Source: an uncultured archaeon (GTDB lineage Archaea > Altiarchaeota > Altiarchaeia > IMC4 > SCGC-AAA252-I15). Taken from it: a DNA stretch of 64,000 bases. The DNA lies in assembly GCA_964423225.1 (NCBI GenBank), contig CAYREE010000002.1, positions 10,278 to 74,277 of the forward strand, written 5' to 3'. The position numbers and the translations under genes were made by a program. The notes below the pieces were generated by a model. The model was not told where the DNA came from and did no database searches. It saw only the letters and a list, made by a program, of their open reading frames with translations. Positions 59,153 through 64,000 of this stretch are shown here, in pieces (within the stretch, counting starts at the first letter, position 1; every line of letters starts with the position of its first letter).

Positions 59153-59359
59153 TTACTTGATCTTATATGATTTTAATAATTTCACATATAGATTGTAGTC
59201 CTTCGATTTTGCGAATTTTTCAATATCCTCATCGTCTAGTTTCCCTAGTAAGTTGTCAAGGACTTTTAAAATTCTCCTAACCTCCCCTTTGCTAAGTGTT
59301 TCTCCGGTACTTTCCCTCGGAATCAATGCGTCGAGTCCTTTTACCTTTTCTTCGACCAT
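59153..59359 (-). CDS. 68-aa protein with ParB-like N-terminal peptide and small helical domain
   Basis: KVKGLDALIP then LKVLDNLLGKLDDEDIEKFAKSKDYNLY; abuts parA and the ATPase gene. Confidence 0.75.
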   Translation of the reverse strand: MVEEKVKGLDALIPRESTGETLSKGEVRRILKVLDNLLGKLDDEDIEKFAKSKDYNLYVKLLKSYKIK

Positions 59360-60316
59360 TTATATCAACTTATCTGCTATCTTCATGTATGCTGTACTAG
59401 CCTGAGCGTCTGGGTAAAGATCTATTATTGGTTTACCTTGTGCAGATGCTTCACTCACCTTAATATCTCTGTCTATCATGATGTCAAATACTGTTTCTTT
59501 TAGATAGTTCTTTACCTCAGCCATTATCTTGTTTGAAAACTCTGAGTTGGGTTCATGCATTGTTAGTATTGCCCCATCGATATGTAGTCCTGGATTAAGT
59601 CTGTCTCTCACAAGTTCGATAACCTTCATGAATGTTGTGAGGCTTTCAACAGCGAATTGGTCTGACTGGACTGGTATTAGGACAGAATCAGCTGCTGTAA
59701 GAGCATTGATTGTAAGTAGGCTAAGTGATGGTGGGCAATCAATTATTATAAAATCATATTTTTCTCTTAAGGGCGTTAACACATCGTTTAAACGATTTTC
59801 CCTCCCTTTTAAACCCATTAATTCCACTTCCATTCCGACAAGATTTACTTCAGATGGAACGAAATCAAAGTCGAAGTCTGTTGTTACAATGCTTTCTTCG
59901 ATCGGGGCTGTTAATGAGAGTATGTCATATGTATTGCATTTCACTTCTTCTGTATGTCCTAGTAGGCTTGATGCATTGGCTTGTGGATCAAGGTCAACAA
60001 GAAGAACTTTTTTATCCAGTTTTGCCAGGCAGGATGATATATTAATTGAAGTAGTTGTCTTTCCCACTCCGCCCTTATGGTTGGAGACACTGATTATCTT
60101 GCAGTTGCCTGGTTTTTCAGGAAGCTTACCTGTTTTTGATATACGATAGTCTACAAAAAGTGGTTTTCTAACCTTTAAGTATCCTTCTTTCTGGAGTTCT
60201 TTACAGTGTTTTATCAGTGTTTTCTTGTCTAATTCAAGTTCTTTTACGAGGATGTGAGCTTTAACTTCTCCAGTGTTCGGAATCTCCCTGAGGATCATTA
60301 ATTGTAATGGGTCCAC
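59360..60316 (-). CDS. parA: ParA/Soj-family ATPase with N-terminal winged helix
   Basis: NHKGGVGKTT, DLDPQANAS, IDCPPSL, NALTAAD, IPVQ. Confidence 0.92.
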   Translation of the reverse strand: MDPLQLMILREIPNTGEVKAHILVKELELDKKTLIKHCKELQKEGYLKVRKPLFVDYRISKTGKLPEKPGNCKIISVSNHKGGVGKTTTSINISSCLAKLDKKVLLVDLDPQANASSLLGHTEEVKCNTYDILSLTAPIEESIVTTDFDFDFVPSEVNLVGMEVELMGLKGRENRLNDVLTPLREKYDFIIIDCPPSLSLLTINALTAADSVLIPVQSDQFAVESLTTFMKVIELVRDRLNPGLHIDGAILTMHEPNSEFSNKIMAEVKNYLKETVFDIMIDRDIKVSEASAQGKPIIDLYPDAQASTAYMKIADKLI

Positions 60317-60376
60317 TTTTTAAAAAGTTACTATTATACTAATTACTCCTAAGAGTTTATATAATATAATTTTTTT

Positions 60377-61351
60377 TTATTGGCAGCAGCAGGTATCGGC
60401 CTGCGGCCCGCCCTTACAATATACATCTCCCTCAGTTTCGTGTGTGCCACCCCCTGGGCAAACACTGTTTTGCTTACAACTACCCCCAGCATAGCCTTTT
60501 ATTCCACAGACTTTTTCACATTCTCCTAAATCTATTTGTGGTGTTAGCCATATAGCATCTTTTCTATATATATTATCCTTGAATTCCACGCTAATATTGC
60601 TTCTAATACCTACGATTGGGATGTCTTCCATGATAATTCTTGTTTCAACCTCTCCTATTGTATTTCCCTGTTTGGATAGGACAATTGAGTAGTCATGGTT
60701 ACTTCCATCTATACTGTTTCTGCCCACGTTGATAAAAACCTTTCCAGTCGTGAAATTCAATGTCAATTGAGAGTTACCTGAAGGATTGACGAAGTATGTG
60801 TCTTCAAAACCCATATTAGAGAACGAGCCATTCAATAGGATGCGCTTACTGCCTCCCTGTGTCTCATCCACGACATTTACTAGGTTCATATCATAGTCGA
60901 AATATAGTTCATATGCATAGATTTCAGAATCCCCGGTCTTATTATATATTCTGATATAATCCTTGTTGTATGAGTTATAACCATATATCAATGGTGTTGG
61001 TTCTAGTGTAAATTCAGGATTATTCAGGCCAGATAATATTATTTCTGAATACACCCTGCTAGAATACTGGTTCTCAATGAAGTTCTTATATTCATTTAAC
61101 TGGGTTATTCCCCCAGCCAGCGGAAACCCATCTTTTACTGAGACTACAGTACGTCCTGAATCATAATACACCCTTGCATTTATCCCTAGTATATCTTCAA
61201 GATCAGTTGCAATGTCGGCAAATACTGTCCTAGTCTTCTCTGAGTATATATCCTCCTTCACTCCGACTTTGACATAATATGTTGCCAGTGAAAAAACACT
61301 TAATACTAGCATTAGACAAAGAATTGAGAAGAGCAGGCCTCTATTATTCAT
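60377..61351 (-). CDS. large minor pilin-like protein with Cys-rich C-terminal domain
   Basis: MNNRG/LLFS plus hydrophobic helix; C-terminal CEKVC...CCC. Confidence 0.7.
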   Translation of the reverse strand: MNNRGLLFSILCLMLVLSVFSLATYYVKVGVKEDIYSEKTRTVFADIATDLEDILGINARVYYDSGRTVVSVKDGFPLAGGITQLNEYKNFIENQYSSRVYSEIILSGLNNPEFTLEPTPLIYGYNSYNKDYIRIYNKTGDSEIYAYELYFDYDMNLVNVVDETQGGSKRILLNGSFSNMGFEDTYFVNPSGNSQLTLNFTTGKVFINVGRNSIDGSNHDYSIVLSKQGNTIGEVETRIIMEDIPIVGIRSNISVEFKDNIYRKDAIWLTPQIDLGECEKVCGIKGYAGGSCKQNSVCPGGGTHETEGDVYCKGGPQADTCCCQ

Positions 61352-61728
61352 CTTAACCACACTCTTGCCTCTGATATATATCTTTCACTGTCTTTTATGA
61401 ATGAGCGTCTTGATATAGCGTATTCGCCCTCCTCACATCCACTGTCTTCAATAAATATTACAATGTCGTTTGAGTCTATGATCTTGATTTCAAGACATAT
61501 CTTTTGTGGTAGCGTTGCTTTTAGCTCATAGAGTTTCGTTGTATCGCCGACAGTAAGCCGTTCAAGCCCTGCATTCTCGTCTAATATTGCTAGTAAGTCG
61601 GTGGATAACTGATAAACATATTCTCTGCTAGGGTATTTTGGAGCGGAAAAAAGGAATATGCTCGCACTTATTATTACTGTTGCCATTGCCAGGGCTACTA
61701 ACGCATCCAAAGTGAATATTCCTGTCAT
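61348..61728 (-). CDS. minor pilin-like protein
   Basis: G/IFTLDAL N-terminus, C-terminal ARVW strand. Confidence 0.75.
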   Translation of the reverse strand: MTGIFTLDALVALAMATVIISASIFLFSAPKYPSREYVYQLSTDLLAILDENAGLERLTVGDTTKLYELKATLPQKICLEIKIIDSNDIVIFIEDSGCEEGEYAISRRSFIKDSERYISEARVWLR

Positions 61729-61739
61729 ATCATTTCTCC

Positions 61740-62261
61740 TTAAGTTGTCATAAATGAGTCTTCTGGAAAGTATACTCTAACTCCTACCTCGACTATAGTA
61801 TCGTTTAATAATCCATATCTGTTCATGATGACCATTGGCCTGTTTGTTGGTTCTCCGATCTCGTATAATACGGGTAGTGATGAGTTTTGTATGTCTGTCA
61901 CGGTTATATGAACATCCTCTTTAGTGAGTCCGAGAATCTTTGTAAGGTTTTCATATGTTATTTCCCCTGCCTTCTCAAGCTTTGATGCGTCTAGTATGTT
62001 ATCCCTTTTTGCAAATCCTATCGTGCTAACATATCTTGCATCTATACTGTCTAGTGTCTGCCATTCCGCAGGCATTCCCGGTGTTTTGATGAGTAGTTCA
62101 GAGACTTCTAGGGCTTTTCTGTCGAGTGATCTTTTGTCATTGAATTTGAATATCTTTGTTAGGCCTAGCGTCCATACTTCCATTGTTGTAAGTAGTATGA
62201 GTAGTACTAGTGTGAATGCGACTGTCAGGTCTATGGTGGATATCTGGCCTTTTTTAGACAT
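61740..62261 (-). CDS. minor pilin, class III signal peptide
   Basis: MSKKG/QISTID; L.KTPG.P..W motif. Confidence 0.82.
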   Translation of the reverse strand: MSKKGQISTIDLTVAFTLVLLILLTTMEVWTLGLTKIFKFNDKRSLDRKALEVSELLIKTPGMPAEWQTLDSIDARYVSTIGFAKRDNILDASKLEKAGEITYENLTKILGLTKEDVHITVTDIQNSSLPVLYEIGEPTNRPMVIMNRYGLLNDTIVEVGVRVYFPEDSFMTT

Positions 62262-62664
62262 TTTCCACCCATAACTTGTTTTCTTTGAATGTGATTATGA
62301 CTTTTCCGGGGTTCACGTCTATATAGCTTCCTCCCTCGATTTGTGCTGGTAGGATCCCTGTGGCTTGTATCTTCTGGGTACCGCTATATGCTAGGTAAAT
62401 GGATTTGGGATAGACTCTTAGTGTGAATGATCGCCCTCCTTCAAATGACTCGGGTATATAGATCGTCCTGTTTGATCCTTCTCCTGCTAGATATACTGAG
62501 TTTATTGCTATTGCAAGGTTTTCTATGAGTACTTTAGAATCTACTCTGTTGACTACTTCTGTCCGCATCCTTTCTTGGGCTGTTATAGTATTTATCAATA
62601 GGATGAATAGTGATAGCGCGACTCCGATAGCAATCAAAAAGTCTATCGCAACCTGTGACTTCAT
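62254..62664 (-). CDS. minor pilin, class III signal peptide
   Basis: MKS/QVAIDF; AINSVYLAGEG. Confidence 0.8.
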   Translation of the reverse strand: MKSQVAIDFLIAIGVALSLFILLINTITAQERMRTEVVNRVDSKVLIENLAIAINSVYLAGEGSNRTIYIPESFEGGRSFTLRVYPKSIYLAYSGTQKIQATGILPAQIEGGSYIDVNPGKVIITFKENKLWVENV

Positions 62665-62699
62665 ATGTTAAATATACTCGGCTATATATAGAAATATGA

Positions 62700-63302
62700 C
62701 TACTCTGTGATGCATCCTGACCCGCCTATTGTGAATGATCTTCCAGTAATCCGCACGGTCTTTGTTTTCACTTCGTTGGTTGGTTCTCCTGTTCTACTTG
62801 GTTCTTTTCCTGGTACTACTCCTATTGGATTTTCTTTTATCTTGACTTTTTTTACGACGTATCCGTTAGGGTAGTATTCTTTCAAGTATTCTTCTGGCTT
62901 CTTCATTGTGCAGTAGGAGTTTTCCAGTGGTTCTATACCGCATTCTCGGATTCCTTCCACCATCTTCAAGTCTGCTGGGGCTGCGTTATTGAATGCATTT
63001 ATTATATGGTAGGCGTGTATCCCGTCCTTGGAGTAGACGAAGGCGTCTGATGTGGGTGAGAATAATATGATTTTCTCTCCACTGTCTACTACGGCGTATG
63101 GATCCCTTCCTATTAATTCTTCGAGTGTAACCATTGGATCGGTTTTTATCACTCCACGTGGCTGTGGGTAAGTGTCTTGGTAATCTGGTTCAGTTTGTGC
63201 TGATCCAGGCATCCTTATGTATCCTGTTACTACACCCAGGATTAGGATAATGATTATGCCTAATATCATCCATTTCCCGTCTTCTTCTATATCCAGGTCC
63301 AT
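62700..63302 (-). CDS. single-TM membrane protein of unknown function
   Basis: N-terminal TM, soluble domain; upstream of the pilin genes. Confidence 0.7.
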   Translation of the reverse strand: MDLDIEEDGKWMILGIIIILILGVVTGYIRMPGSAQTEPDYQDTYPQPRGVIKTDPMVTLEELIGRDPYAVVDSGEKIILFSPTSDAFVYSKDGIHAYHIINAFNNAAPADLKMVEGIRECGIEPLENSYCTMKKPEEYLKEYYPNGYVVKKVKIKENPIGVVPGKEPSRTGEPTNEVKTKTVRITGRSFTIGGSGCITE

Positions 63303-64000
63303 TTAATTGTATCTTACCCTCACTTGTATGTCTGTCATCGTCCATTGGTCTGATGATATCCCTGTTTCATCGCAGTCCGTGGTTTCAAGCGATACTTTCA
63401 AGTTGTGTGCGCCTGGATTCAGCTTATTGCCTGAACTTGTTATCGGGACGATGATGGGGTTGCCTGTATTGGTTGTCTCATCCATTATAAGCTCGTTGTC
63501 CCACCAGATGCAGTGGTGTTCTCCGTCAATCCAGTCATTGGGATTGAAGTGGAGTTCTCCTAGGAATGGTGTTCCAGTATATGTTAAGTCTACTTGGACG
63601 GTCTTCGGATTCTCAAAACATGTTCCCGATCCACCTAATTCAAGCTCAAGGTATGGTTCGCAAGTACCTGTTCCACATGGATTTGCACAGGTTCCACCCA
63701 TTCCATAATACTCGGTCCAGGGATTTAGAGCGCTATTCAGGTCTTGTCCTGTCCAGGACGCGTAGAAGCTGCCGGTGGTTGGTACTTGATTAGGATCTGT
63801 TATGTCTATGCACTGCCATACATCTATGCTGTTGCTGGTCCGGGTTGCCTCTCCTATCTGCCCTCCAGGAAAGCTTGATACGCCTGCCCATCCGCAGGTT
63901 AGGCTTGATTCTTTATATATCCTGGATGTATGACTTGCTCCAAATGAGTCGACGTTTTGTATTCGTCCGCATATTTTTGCCGAGGCTATATTGTTTCCTG
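63303..64000 (-). CDS. C-terminal part of a Cys/Trp-rich extracellular beta protein (partial, starts beyond the window)
   Basis: frame open to the right edge (GNNIASAKICG...VWQCIDIT...PYLEL); resembles surface adhesin beta-sandwich domains. Confidence 0.7.
   Translation of the reverse strand, partial: GNNIASAKICGRIQNVDSFGASHTSRIYKESSLTCGWAGVSSFPGGQIGEATRTSNSIDVWQCIDITDPNQVPTTGSFYASWTGQDLNSALNPWTEYYGMGGTCANPCGTGTCEPYLELELGGSGTCFENPKTVQVDLTYTGTPFLGELHFNPNDWIDGEHHCIWWDNELIMDETTNTGNPIIVPITSSGNKLNPGAHNLKVSLETTDCDETGISSDQWTMTDIQVRVRYN

Overview
Gene-dense archaeal chromosomal segment. Archaeal markers include Hel308, RFC-L, archaeosine TGT, MptE, type II Map and class III signal-peptide pilins. 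The gene style suggests a DPANN/Altiarchaeota-like lineage, but that is inference. No rRNA, tRNA, CRISPR array or transposase was seen; the only mobile element is a 512-aa LAGLIDADG intein in Hel308. Housekeeping genes (pgk, ino1, rtcA, tmk, map, class II HMG-CoA reductase, larE, tgtA, serS, rsmA, pdxS/T, ogt, ychF) are interleaved with orphans, including a ~2190-aa giant split by one extra base in an A4 run. The best candidate for an undescribed system is the type IV pilus locus at 52980-64000. Its assembly ATPase carries three N-terminal winged-helix domains and an acidic tail with a repeated MSPTMK-like motif. It is encoded directly after a ParA bearing a similar winged helix and a 68-aa protein with a ParB-like GLDALI peptide, which suggests a ParA-driven pilus positioning or DNA-coupling module. 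Other leads are a SAMHD1-like HD protein ending in a PIP-box-like motif, three tandem membrane-anchored arylsulfotransferases, a DHDPS-fold protein lacking catalytic residues, a KaiC/pseudo-KaiC membrane pair and a minor pilin with a defensin-like tail.
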